This document shows, in pieces, positions 34,450 to 45,700 of a stretch of DNA of 64,000 bases. The notes beneath the pieces were generated by a model that was given only the letters and a program-made list of their open reading frames with translations, was not told where the DNA came from and ran no database searches. Both the position numbers and the translations under genes were made by a program. The stretch covers positions 11,024 through 75,023 of the forward strand of contig JBLHNB010000012.1 in the NCBI GenBank assembly GCA_047621305.1, written 5' to 3'. The DNA is from Alteromonadaceae bacterium. Lineage in GTDB: Bacteria > Pseudomonadota > Gammaproteobacteria > Enterobacterales > Alteromonadaceae. How positions within the stretch are numbered: the first letter of the stretch is position 1; the number at the start of each line of letters is the position of its first letter.

Positions 34450-34859
34450 TGGCTTTTGGCGGAGAGTTTGACCAAGAACCAGAGGTGATGTCAGAAATTA
34501 ACATGACACCCTTAGTTGATGTGATGCTTGTACTCTTAATTATATTTATTATTACCGTTCCCGTATTAACACAAACGGTGGACGTTGTATTGCCGAAAGT
34601 TGAAGATAAAATAACAGCCAGTTCACTAGACAGCTTAAGTTTGGTGGTGACTAAACAAGGAAAGTTACTCTGGCAACAGCGCGTGGTTTCTAGAGCTGAA
34701 CTCATTGATATTTTTGCAGATATTGCATTACAACATCCGCAACCACAAATTCAATTACAGGGCGATGCGGCTGTACCTTATGAGCATGTGGTAAAAGTGA
34801 TGGCATTGGCACAGAAATCTGGCGTTTCTTCACTGGGCTTTGTCACCCAAGTACTTTAG
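34449..34859 (+). CDS. exbD: ExbD
   Basis: EINMTPLVDVMLVLLIIF. Confidence 0.92.
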   Translation: MAFGGEFDQEPEVMSEINMTPLVDVMLVLLIIFIITVPVLTQTVDVVLPKVEDKITASSLDSLSLVVTKQGKLLWQQRVVSRAELIDIFADIALQHPQPQIQLQGDAAVPYEHVVKVMALAQKSGVSSLGFVTQVL

Positions 34860-34865
34860 TTATCT

Positions 34866-34897
34866 AAAAAACGGCGTTTGCTTAAAGCGCCGTTATT
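34866..34897. terminator. Probable bidirectional terminator between exbD and pvdF
   Basis: AAAAAACGGCG...CGCCGTTATT between convergent genes. Confidence 0.7.
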
Positions 34898-34907
34898 ATC
34901 ATGATGT

Positions 34908-35747
34908 TTATTTCTGAGCTAATAAAGATAATCCCGCACGCATGGCTGGAAATAAGCTCGAATGAAAATTGTTCCAACGTAATTCTAAAATGGTATCTTC
35001 GGGCGTAATCTCTGTATTTAAGGCATCGGTGATCACTGGGCCTGAATCAATGCCTTTGTCTATATAATGAAAAGATGCCCCAGTTTTACTTTTTAACTCT
35101 GCAGGTTCAGTTACCATCGTTTGCCAATTCGTCACTCGTAATCCTTTGGCGCCATATAAGGCATCTAATGTCGCCATCGCACCACGACGTTGAAATGGCG
35201 ATTCTGCTCGCGTAATTCCTGGATGAATATTAGCAATTTTATGAAAGTACGGATTAGCCTCATCAGCGAGCTGATTTAATATCACCAGTAGGCCATCAAG
35301 CATAACAACATCGGCTTGCAAGTGATCAAATTCAGCTTGTAATTGCTGTTCAAATGTATCTTTTTCTGCAGCTCTTTCTACATGACCAATTGGCCATTGT
35401 CGATAAGAAGAAGGTACATTAATTAATAAATCATCAAGTAAACGCCCTTGCACTTCTAAGCGTTGCGGATATAGCCAGTTTTTATTTGTTGCTTGCTGAC
35501 GAGTAATACCATAATCCTTTAATTTAATGGCGTCTGCCGTCAGATTAAGGTCGTCATCAAAGATCACGCCTTCCAAAGTATAAAGATCACCTAAATCTGT
35601 GTTATTAAGCTCAACAGCTAAATATTCTAATACCGATTTCATGTAGCGTTGCTCACCTTTGTAAGCAATCATTTGCCCTGCTTGATCAGCTGCTGCATTA
35701 CGTAACGACCAGACATAAACCAATTTCTTTTTTTTCATTTTATCCAC
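34908..35747 (-). CDS. pvdF: N5-hydroxyornithine transformylase (PvdF/OrbF family)
   Basis: KLVYVWSLRNAAAD, LDGLLVIL, NIHPGIT, GASFHYIDKGIDSG. Confidence 0.88.
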   Translation of the reverse strand: MDKMKKKKLVYVWSLRNAAADQAGQMIAYKGEQRYMKSVLEYLAVELNNTDLGDLYTLEGVIFDDDLNLTADAIKLKDYGITRQQATNKNWLYPQRLEVQGRLLDDLLINVPSSYRQWPIGHVERAAEKDTFEQQLQAEFDHLQADVVMLDGLLVILNQLADEANPYFHKIANIHPGITRAESPFQRRGAMATLDALYGAKGLRVTNWQTMVTEPAELKSKTGASFHYIDKGIDSGPVITDALNTEITPEDTILELRWNNFHSSLFPAMRAGLSLLAQK

Positions 35748-35785
35748 ATGCCTTAATTAAAATTTATTTGCTACTAACTAATAGG

Positions 35786-35810
35786 GACGTAACTGATTAT
35801 TTTCTGTTTA
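35786..35810 (-). promoter_or_regulatory. ECF (OrbS/PvdS-type) promoter of pvdF
   Basis: Minus strand TAAA-cagaaaataatcagtta(17)-CGTC. Confidence 0.7.
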
Positions 35811-35856
35811 ATTCATCCCCATAAAACAAGTTTATTTTATTTAATTACAAAATCTG

Positions 35857-35881
35857 TAAACAAATCTCATTTAGATTCGTC
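35857..35881 (+). promoter_or_regulatory. ECF (OrbS/PvdS-type) promoter of pvdA-receptor unit
   Basis: TAAA-caaatctcatttagatt(17)-CGTC. Confidence 0.75.
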
Positions 35882-35969
35882 AACAAACCTAACAAGATAA
35901 AAATAACCTGAGTGAGTCTAGAGGCTAACCCCATCAGTTACTTACTCACCGTAATTGTGAGAAAAAAAC

Positions 35970-37283
35970 ATGCATATAAAGACTCCTCGGCATTCATTAA
36001 TTGGTATTGGTTTTGGCCCTTCCAATATTGCTTTAGCCATTGCACTTAAAGAAGGTGGCATAGAAAAAGTAGCGAATAGTGCCTTATTTATCGAGAAACA
36101 AGCAGAGTTTTCTTGGCATAAACATATGATGATGGAAAATACTCATATGCAAATATCGTTTATGAAGGATTTGGTGACATTAAATAATCCGAAAAGCGAT
36201 TTCACCTTTATTAACTATTTGCATCAACAGAATCGTCTGGCTGATTTTATTAATTTACAAACGTTTTATCCTAGCCGTCATGAATTTAATGACTATTTAG
36301 CTTGGGCTGCCTCTCACTTCGCACAACAAACCCGTTATGGCGAAGATGTTTTCGATGTACAACCCATCATTGAAAATCAACAAGTTGTTGCTTTACAGAT
36401 ACTAGCACGCGATGCTTCTGGGCAAATTTATCATCGCCAAGCGAATAATCTGGTGGTGAGCATGGGTGGTGGTGCTTATATTCCAGAGCAATTTAGTCAA
36501 CTAGCAGGTGAAAGCCGAATTTTTCATTCAAACCAATATTTACAAGAAATTGACCTTAACCGTAAAGCGAAAAAAATTGCTGTCATTGGTGCAGGACAAA
36601 GTGCTGCTGAAATTTTTAGAGATTTACATGGCCGCCCAGAGGAATATGAAGTTGACTTAATTATACGTGCTAACTCAATAAAACCCTCTGATGACAGCCC
36701 GTTTGTTAACGAAATTTTTAATGCTGAATTTATTGATTATATGTTCTCAAAAAGTAAATCTGAACGAGAAAGTTTATTACGTGAATACCGCCAAACTAAT
36801 TATGCCTGTCCTGACCTGCCTTTAATTGAAGAAATTTACGCGATTTTTTATCAACAAAAAGTGCGTAAATCTGAGCGTCATAACTTCTTACCAAGTACTG
36901 ATATTAAAACTGTTCATGCAGATCAGCAAGGCGTTCACCTGACATTAATAAATCGAAGAACTGGCGAACAATATACCCGTAGCTATGATGCGGTTATTTT
37001 AGCCACTGGTTATGTACGTGACCAATACAAAAAACTACTAGCGCCTTTAGCACCATACTTAGGTGATTTTGAAGTCGATCGGCACTATTGCATTAAAACG
37101 AATGACAACTTTAAACCTAAAATTATTTTACAGGGAGCCTGTGAAAATAGTCATGGTTTGAGCGACACCCTACTCTCTCTTTTAGCGGTACGCAGTCAAG
37201 AAATAAGTCAGAGATTAAACGAATCAAATATCAGCCACTCAATACATTGTGCGAACTCAAATGTAATTGAAGAAATTTTTTAA
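35970..37283 (+). CDS. pvdA: L-ornithine N5-monooxygenase (PvdA/OrbA/IucD family)
   Basis: IGIGFGPSNIALA, MQISFMKDL, GAGQSAAE, LATGY, HGLSDTLLS. Confidence 0.92.
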   Translation: MHIKTPRHSLIGIGFGPSNIALAIALKEGGIEKVANSALFIEKQAEFSWHKHMMMENTHMQISFMKDLVTLNNPKSDFTFINYLHQQNRLADFINLQTFYPSRHEFNDYLAWAASHFAQQTRYGEDVFDVQPIIENQQVVALQILARDASGQIYHRQANNLVVSMGGGAYIPEQFSQLAGESRIFHSNQYLQEIDLNRKAKKIAVIGAGQSAAEIFRDLHGRPEEYEVDLIIRANSIKPSDDSPFVNEIFNAEFIDYMFSKSKSERESLLREYRQTNYACPDLPLIEEIYAIFYQQKVRKSERHNFLPSTDIKTVHADQQGVHLTLINRRTGEQYTRSYDAVILATGYVRDQYKKLLAPLAPYLGDFEVDRHYCIKTNDNFKPKIILQGACENSHGLSDTLLSLLAVRSQEISQRLNESNISHSIHCANSNVIEEIF

Positions 37284-37293
37284 TTCATTCTAT

Positions 37294-37338
37294 AAAAATT
37301 CCGACGATCTTTACATAGAGCGAACGTCGGGATTTTTT
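37294..37338 (+). terminator. Hairpin with U-tract between pvdA and receptor
   Basis: AATTCCGACG...CGTCGGGATT followed by TTTT. Confidence 0.55.
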
Positions 37339-37381
37339 CATATAAAAACACCATTTATTTAACTAAGGATCTTAACTAAAT

Positions 37382-39553
37382 ATGAAAAATAACCTTGTTG
37401 TTCCCCTTAAGCTGTGGGCAATAACTCCGATTGCAGTTTCTTTGATGATCAGTTTATCAAGTAACGCTAACGAGACCACCAAACAACTCCCTGGCGTAGC
37501 AGTAAATGCTGACGCCGATCAAGAAACGGGCAAAGGCCCAGTTGAGGGCTATCTTGCTCGGCGCAGTGCTACGGGAACAAAAACAGATACACCTATTATT
37601 GAAACACCTCAGTCTGTCGCAGTTGTTACTGCAGATCGTATTGAAGTTATTGGCGCTACTCGCGTTACTGAAGCATTAGCTTATACCGCAGGCGTAAATA
37701 CATCACCATGGGGTGATTTACCGCAATACGACTGGTTATATATTCGTGGCTTTGACGCTTATGCGCCTGGCTTTTATCTTGACGGTTTACAAATGCGTAA
37801 TAGCGGTAATTGGGGCTTATGGCAAGTTGAAAACTATAGCCTTGAACGAATAGAAGTTATGCGTGGGCCAGCATCCGTTTTATATGGTCAAAATGGTCCA
37901 GGTGGCGTAGTAAACTTAGTCAGTAAAATGCCAACAGCGTTTAGTCAAAATGAAATTCAGCTACAATTAGGCAACAATCAACATAAGCAAGTTGCTTTTG
38001 ATCTCTCTGGTCCATTAGACGAAAACAGTGAATACTTGTATCGTTTGACAGGGTTAGTTAAGGACGCAGAATTATCTACAGCTTCTTTACAAAATAACAG
38101 ACAATATTTAGCGCCTTCTCTTACCTGGCAACCAAGCGCTGACGCAAAACTTACTGTTTACGGCCAATATCTTAATATTGATGCGGGTTCTGCATGGCAT
38201 TCTTATCCGGTGCAAGGCACGCTATTATCAAATCCGAACGGGAAAATACCTGTTTCTACTTTAATTGGTGAGCCCGATTTTAATCGTTATGAACAAGAAC
38301 AATGGATGGTTGGTTATCAAGGCGAATATCATTTTAATAGCCAATGGCAAATCCAACAACATGGTCGCTATGCTGAATCTGATTTAGATTATGGCGTTAT
38401 TTGGGGAAAATGGGCACAAAAAAATGTCAACGAACCTGATGCAGCAGAAAATTTTCGCTATTTAGCACGCACCCCACTTTCGAGTTTGGAAAAAGTTAAG
38501 AGCACTAACCTCGACACTCGAGTTATCGGCAATATTAAAACGGGTGCTATTAACCATACCCTTTTATTTGGCCTTGATTATCAAAAAACAAAAATTGATG
38601 TCAGTGCCCGATATGGTGGCCTCCTCGCTGATATAGATATATTTAATCCCAGTTACGGCGCAACAGTAACGCAACCAGAACCAAATATTGCCGGTGTTAC
38701 TGAACTCGTCCAGCTGGGTTTTTACTTACAAGATCAAATCAAATTAACGAGACAGTGGATAGTGAACCTTGCTGGTCGTTACGATAGCTCTGAAGTAAAA
38801 ACGTTTAATACTGACGGTGTAGAAATGTCTGACCAAACGGATTCGGCCTTCACCAGTAAATTTGGTTTGGTTTATTTAGCTGATAATGGTTTAGCTCCAT
38901 ATTTCAGCTATTCAGAGTCTTTTGCGCCAACAACAACAGTTAACCCCACCACGAAACGTCCATTTTCCCCCGAAAAAGGACGCCAATATGAAGTAGGAGT
39001 ACGTTATCAACCCAAAGATCATATCGCTAGCTATAGTGCGGCCGCGTTTGACATTACACGAGAAGACTTTACTCAATGGGTGTGGAGCGATACTCCTGGA
39101 TTTAAGCAAACAGGTAAAGTCAACGTGCAAGGCTTTGAGTTTGAAACTATCGTTAAACCTAGTGAAAACTTGAATTTTACTGCAAGTTATAGCTGGTTGC
39201 CTAAAGCTGAAGTTACTCGTAGTGGCAATCTTGACGATGTTGGCAAACAAGACAAAGCAGTTTCTGAGCACCAATTAAGTTTATGGGCCGACTATCGTCT
39301 TGATAGTGGTTTAATGATAGGTGGCGGCGCTCGTTATACTGGCAGCAATCAAGGTACTGGCGAAAAAGCACCAATAGACGTTGATGGTTATATCCTGCTT
39401 GATGCTATGGTTAACTATGAATTCGGCCAGTGGGCACTGGCACTGAACGCCCGCAATTTAACCGATAAGTTGGTCATCTCCACATGTAACGATAGAAACT
39501 GTAGTTATGGTAGTCGTCGTAAAGTAACTTTAACCGCTACATACCAATGGTAG
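37382..39553 (+). CDS. TonB-dependent ferric-siderophore receptor (FhuA-like hydroxamate class), no N-terminal signalling domain
   Basis: Signal peptide, ATGTKTDTPIIETPQSV, ERIEVMRGPASVLYG, NLTDK, C-terminal Trp. Confidence 0.93.
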   Translation: MKNNLVVPLKLWAITPIAVSLMISLSSNANETTKQLPGVAVNADADQETGKGPVEGYLARRSATGTKTDTPIIETPQSVAVVTADRIEVIGATRVTEALAYTAGVNTSPWGDLPQYDWLYIRGFDAYAPGFYLDGLQMRNSGNWGLWQVENYSLERIEVMRGPASVLYGQNGPGGVVNLVSKMPTAFSQNEIQLQLGNNQHKQVAFDLSGPLDENSEYLYRLTGLVKDAELSTASLQNNRQYLAPSLTWQPSADAKLTVYGQYLNIDAGSAWHSYPVQGTLLSNPNGKIPVSTLIGEPDFNRYEQEQWMVGYQGEYHFNSQWQIQQHGRYAESDLDYGVIWGKWAQKNVNEPDAAENFRYLARTPLSSLEKVKSTNLDTRVIGNIKTGAINHTLLFGLDYQKTKIDVSARYGGLLADIDIFNPSYGATVTQPEPNIAGVTELVQLGFYLQDQIKLTRQWIVNLAGRYDSSEVKTFNTDGVEMSDQTDSAFTSKFGLVYLADNGLAPYFSYSESFAPTTTVNPTTKRPFSPEKGRQYEVGVRYQPKDHIASYSAAAFDITREDFTQWVWSDTPGFKQTGKVNVQGFEFETIVKPSENLNFTASYSWLPKAEVTRSGNLDDVGKQDKAVSEHQLSLWADYRLDSGLMIGGGARYTGSNQGTGEKAPIDVDGYILLDAMVNYEFGQWALALNARNLTDKLVISTCNDRNCSYGSRRKVTLTATYQW

Positions 39554-39575
39554 CGGGTATATAATACATTTAGAC

Positions 39576-39600
39576 AAGGGCCTATCATTAGGCCCTTTTT
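39576..39600 (+). terminator. Intrinsic terminator after receptor
   Basis: AAGGGCCT...AGGCCCTT followed by TTT. Confidence 0.85.
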
Positions 39601-39715
39601 ATTGCCTGTGAACTTTTATTTTTTAATGCGATACATAGTTAAATAACGATTTATCGCTCATTGATTATTGAATGTTAAATGTTAATTATGAATGCAGGAA
39701 AGAAATCCAGCTCCC

Positions 39716-42700
39716 CTACTCCTTGATAAATTCAGCTAACACTTCTGCTGCTCGAACAATCTGGAAGTGATCCTCCTCCAATACCCTGCTATCTAATTGC
39801 TCATTGGCTAGCCATTCATACCACCACGCATGATGACTTGGTGGCCGCTTCTCGGTCCAGAATATTTGTGTTAATGCTGTATTTCTAGGTAGCTGTTGCA
39901 GGTTTATTGCCGCTAAAAATAATGGCTGAAAGCTGGCAAAAAGTTGAAATAGTTCTGCAGCACTGACATGTTGATATCCGCTCATAAAATTAGTCGATGG
40001 ATGCACTATTATCATTTGCATTAACTGTTCGATACCCACCGTAAGTTCGCTTGAATCTTTTAGTGCCAGCATATGCGCACTTAAAGTAGCATCATTAGCT
40101 AACGCGGCTAAACTACTTGTTGCCAGTAATAGACTAAAGAAAGTCTGAAGCTGGACGAGTAAACTGGCGTCGTGGTTTTCACCCGTTTGTGGTGGTACAT
40201 AAGGGTCGAGTAATACCACCTTAGCTACCACTTGTCCTTGTTGTTGTAATTCTGCCGCTAACCAATGTGCTAGTACGCCGCCAAACGACCAACCACATAA
40301 ATAATATGGTCCGTTTGGTTGTATCTCCCGAATATTGCTTAAATGCTGTTGTACCAAATCCACTAAATCAACAGCCTTCCCGGTTAACTGAGTACGATTA
40401 AAAGGTAAACCATAAACTGTACGTTCGCCGTTTAGTGATAAAGCTAACGCGCTATAATCCCATACTTTTCCAAAGCCATCATGCACACAAAACACCGGTG
40501 CTTGCAGGTTATCAGCCTGATTTAAACGAACCACATCATTATCAAGCGGGTTAACTGTTAACACATCAGTTATTGCAAGCTGTGTTGCTAATTCATGTAA
40601 AACCGGATATTCGAAAAGCTGTTTTACCGCTATCGCGTAGCCTTGCTCTCGCGCCAAACTGATCACTTTTAAACAGGAGATTGAATCTCCTCCTATTTCA
40701 AAAAAATTCGCATTGCGACTGATTTTTACAATTACCAGTACGTGTTTCCAAATATTAGCCAATGCTTGTTCTATGTCACCTTGCGGAGCTGAAAATAAGC
40801 TTTCATCTTGCCATTCAATAACGGGTAACGCCTTGCGGTCTACCTTACCATTAGCACTCAAAGGCAAAGCAGTTAACGAGATAAAAGCACTTGGTATCAT
40901 ATAGTCAGGTAACATCGAGCTGAGTTTTACCTTAAGGGTATCAACAGCCAATGCTTTGCCAACGACAAAAGCAGCTAATTTATTACCATTCGGGCTTGTT
41001 TGTGCCACAACTACAGCTTCTTGAACCTCTTTTAATGCACATAATTGAGCTTCAATCTCACCAAGCTCAACCCGTAAGCCCCTAATTTTAATTTGATCGT
41101 CTAAACGCCCTAAATATTCTAATAGCCCTTCATTATTCCAACGCACTAAATCGCCAGTACGATATAAACGGCCACCATTAGGATCAAATGGATTGGCAAC
41201 AAAACGCTCGGCGGTTAAGTCTGCTCGCTCCAAATAACCACGCGCTAGGCCGACCCCCCCTAAATATAATTCACCATTTATTCCCGCTGGGACTGGATTT
41301 AGATATTCGTCCAAGACATAACTACTAGTATTAGAGATCGGTGCTCCTATAGGTACTAAAGTGCGCTCATCATTTTCACAGGTCCAATGTGTCACATGGA
41401 TTGTTGCTTCTGTCGGACCATATAAATTATACATAGTTGCATCAGGCAATAATTCAAAGGTACGCCTTTTTAATTCAGTTGGCATCGCTTCCCCACCGAC
41501 CATAATATGCTTTAACGTTGTCCTTTGTTTGATATCAACTTGATCTAAGAAAGCCTGCTGCATTGCCGGGACAAAATTTAACGTAGTAATGGCTTCTTGC
41601 TGAATTAAGGTGATCAAGCGCTCTGGATCTTTATGATCACCAGGTTGAGCGATGACTAATTTAATCCCTTCGCTCAACGGCCAGAATATTTCCCAACATG
41701 AAACATCAAAACCAAACGGAGCCTTATGTAAAACTACATCTTCTCGAGATAACTGATAACGCTTTTGCATCCACGCCATACAGTTAGCTAAAGCTCGATG
41801 ACTAATAGCTACGCCTTTAGGACGTCCGGTAGATCCTGAAGTATAAATAACATAAGCCAGTTGCTCTGGATGGTAACTCAAAGTAGGATTTGTATTTGGG
41901 TAATCTAGCAAATTAAGGTTTTCCCAGAGATGACACTCAACAGCTGTTTTAGGTACTTTCCCTATCGCCGTTTGATGACTCAATATTAAGTTTACTTTAC
42001 TATTCTCAATAATATATGCCAAACGCTCTGCTGGATAATCAATATCAAGTGGCACATACAAGGCACCTGCTTTCATGATCGCCAATAAGCTAATGATCAT
42101 TTCATGACTGCGTGCCATCGCAACAGCCACTCGACTTTCTCGGCTTATTCCTTGTACAATTAAATAGTGAGCTAAACGGTTCGCTTGCTGATTTAATTGC
42201 TGATAGCTCATCGTATTACTAGCAAATGATAATGCGGCGGCGGCTGGCTGTGTTTGCGCATGGGCAGCAAACTGTACATGCACAGGAGTATGTTTCTCTG
42301 TTTGCTTATTTAGACTCCAACCTTGTTGAGTTTGCCATTGCTCAGCACTTAATATATTGATGTCACCTAAGCGTTTAACTTTATGATCTGCGGCGGTGTT
42401 GAGTAATGCGAATAATGCTTGCTGTAGATAATTGCATAACTGTGCAGGCGCAATACCCGCTACGGATTGTGCAACTAAATTAAAGCCTACGCCTTGGTCG
42501 TCTATCGACATACCTATGGGATAATTTGTTTGCTCTTCACTAGCAAACACTTCTACACCTGGCCAGACGCTTGGTTGGTTTTCTAGTACCGGAGAAGAGT
42601 AACGATAATTAAACAAGGTAGAAAACAAAGGTGTACCTTTCGCTACGCCGCTACAGCCTTGAGCCAAAGTTAAACTAGCTGTGTCATGATCTAACAAGCC

Positions 42701-45700
42701 AGTTAAAACTTGATGTGCTTGCGTTAAACCCGCGGTTAAGTCGGCATCTGCTAAACGAAAACGTATTGGTAAGGTATTAATAAACATACCAACTGCGTGT
42801 TGTGCATTTTCCCCCGCATGCATCCGGCCAAATAAAACCGAGCCAAAAACCGGGTTTTCGTTAGCTGTTAATTTGCTTAATACTAATGCCCAAGCCAAGT
42901 GAAAAATAGCGGCAGCACTGACCTCATGAGCAATCGCTAATTGGCGTATCTGCGTTGCGAGATCAGCAGGAAGTGGCCATTCAGCTTTTTCAACATTAGC
43001 GCCATTACCTTGAATATTTAACAGATTAAATGGCGCCGTTGGTACCGTAACATCGGCGAGTAATTCACTGAAAAAATTTTGATGTTCTGCTGCGCTTTTT
43101 CCCTGTTGGGCAATAGCAACAAAGTGGCGAAATGGTACCTGTGCTGGCAAATTAGCTAACTGACCTGTTTGGATCTGCTGGATTTCAGAGACGAGAATAT
43201 CCAAACTGGTATGATCCATGATCAAGTGGTGACTGGGTAACTGTAACCAGCAACTTTTTTGCCCTGGCTCTTGTATGGCAATTGCACGTATTAAAGGCGC
43301 TTTGTCAATATCGATGCGATATTGATCAGGGCTAACAAAAGCGTTTAGCCAAGCCCCCGGAGTTTCATATTCGTCTTGAGGTGAATATTCCTGCCAATTT
43401 AATACTAAGCTAGCTTGGCGTTGCACAATTTGTAATGGCTCTGGCAAGCCTTGCCAAAGCACGGCCGTGCGAAGAATATCGTGGCGAGCGATAACCTTAT
43501 TTAAATCAGCAATAAAGCATTCTAAAGTATTCCTGTCGGCAAAACGCATCAAATTCTTGGTAATATATGCATCACCTTGTTGCTGCAATAAATGATGAAA
43601 TAAAATACCTTCTTGCAATGGTGTGAGCGGATAAATATCTTGGATGTTACTGACACCATCAGGAATTTGTTGGCTTATCTCGTTTATCTGCCTTGTAGTC
43701 AATGTAACTAAAGATAACATTGAGGGAATAATTTTTTGGCAATTATCAGGAATTCTGTTAGCAGGAACATCCCATGTTTTATCATCTGCTGTACATTGAA
43801 TAGCGCTAGCGAAATGTTTTAACATCGGTTGACTAAACAATGTTTTAACTTGAACTTGCCAGCCCCCTTGACGAATTTTATCTAATAACTTAATGGCTAA
43901 TAACGAATGCCCCCCTAATGAAAAGAAGTTATCGTTGCGGCCAACTTGTGACACACTCAGCATTTCACCCCACCAAAGAGCAAGTTGACGTTCAACTTTC
44001 CCTTGCGGTGCTACATAGGTTTCTTGTTGTTGCCATTGCGGCTCTGGTAAAGCCTTGCGGTTAACTTTACCATTGGGGCTCAGTGGCATCACACTTAACA
44101 CACTGAAGAAACTGGGCACCATGTAATTAGGCAGTATTTTAGTCAATTGCTGAGCAAGTATATCTGTATCAATAATATCGCCAACGAGATAAGCAACTAA
44201 CTGTTGACCTGCTGGCGATGCTTTAGAGATTACTACCGCTTCTTGAACACTATCTAAACGGTGTAGCTGTGCTTCTATTTCGCCTAGTTCAATACGAAAA
44301 CCACGAATCTGTACTTGATCATCAATTCGGCCTAAATACTCTAATAAGCCTTCCACATTCCATCTCACCAGATCTCCCGTACGATACATTCGACTACCAT
44401 CGGCTGCGATAGAATCTGCAACAAAACGATCTGCGGTTAAATCTGGTCGAGCTAAATAACCGCGCGCTAACGCTAAACCCGCAATATAAAGTTCACCCGC
44501 AACACCTTGCGGTACTTGGTTTAACGCCATATCAAGCACATAAGTTCGAGTTGCAGAAATAGGTTGGCCAATGGGCAACAAAGTGCGTTTATCATTTGCA
44601 CAAGGCCAATGGGTAACATGAATGGTTGTTTCTGTGGGGCCATATAAGTTATTCATGGTCACATTAGGTAATAACTCATAAGTTTGTTGCCTTAACTCTG
44701 CTGGTACCGCTTCGCCGCCACACATAATTTGGCGTAAACCACCACCTTTAGCAATATTAGCCTGTTCCAAAAAAGCTTGTTGCATCGCAGGAGGAAAATT
44801 AGTTATTGTCACCTGCTCTTGTTGCATTAGCTGAATAAGTCGCTCAGGGTCTCTGTGATCGCCAGGTTTGGCAATAACTAGCTTAATCCCCTCACTTAAT
44901 GGAAAAAATAACTCCCAACAAGAAACATCAAAGCCAAATGCTGCTTTATGTAGTACTGCATCTTCGCGAGTTGGCTGATATTGTCGCTGCATCCACGCCA
45001 TACAATTACTTAATGCTTGATGACTAATAGCAGCGCCTTTAGGGCGGCCAGTAGAACCTGAGGTGTAAATAACATAAGCTAATTGTTCTGGGTGGCAAGC
45101 TAAATTAAGGTTATGCTTTGAATACTGGCTGAGTTCACAATTATCAAGCCACAATATAGGCATTGATAATTCAGGCAAACTAGTTTTTACTTGGATATGG
45201 CTGATTAATAGGCTTAAATCACTATTTTCTATAATATAACCTAAACGTTCTATCGGATAATCTGTATCGAGCGGAACAAATAACGCGCCGGCTTTTAATA
45301 TGGCTAATAAAACCACCGCAGTTTCCAAACTTCGCTCCAACGCCACCCCAATTCTACTTTCCCTCGCAATACCTTGTGCACATAGAAAATGTGCTAACTG
45401 ATTGGCGCGTTGATTCAATTGCTGATAACTTAACTGCTGATCGGCAAAAACGACTGCTGTTGCTTCCGGTTGCGATAATGTTTGTAGTTCAAATTTTTTA
45501 TGAACAGCTGTACTGTCTTCCTGTTCAATATTCACTCCCCAAGTGTTCAATTGTGCCAACTCTTCTTGACTAAGCAAAGCGATAGCGTCAATGCTTGCTT
45601 CTGGATCGTCTACCATTGTTTGTAAAATCACCTGTAAGTGAACCGCCATTCGCTTGACATAAACGCTATCTAACACCTCTTTGGCGTAGGTAAACGTTAA

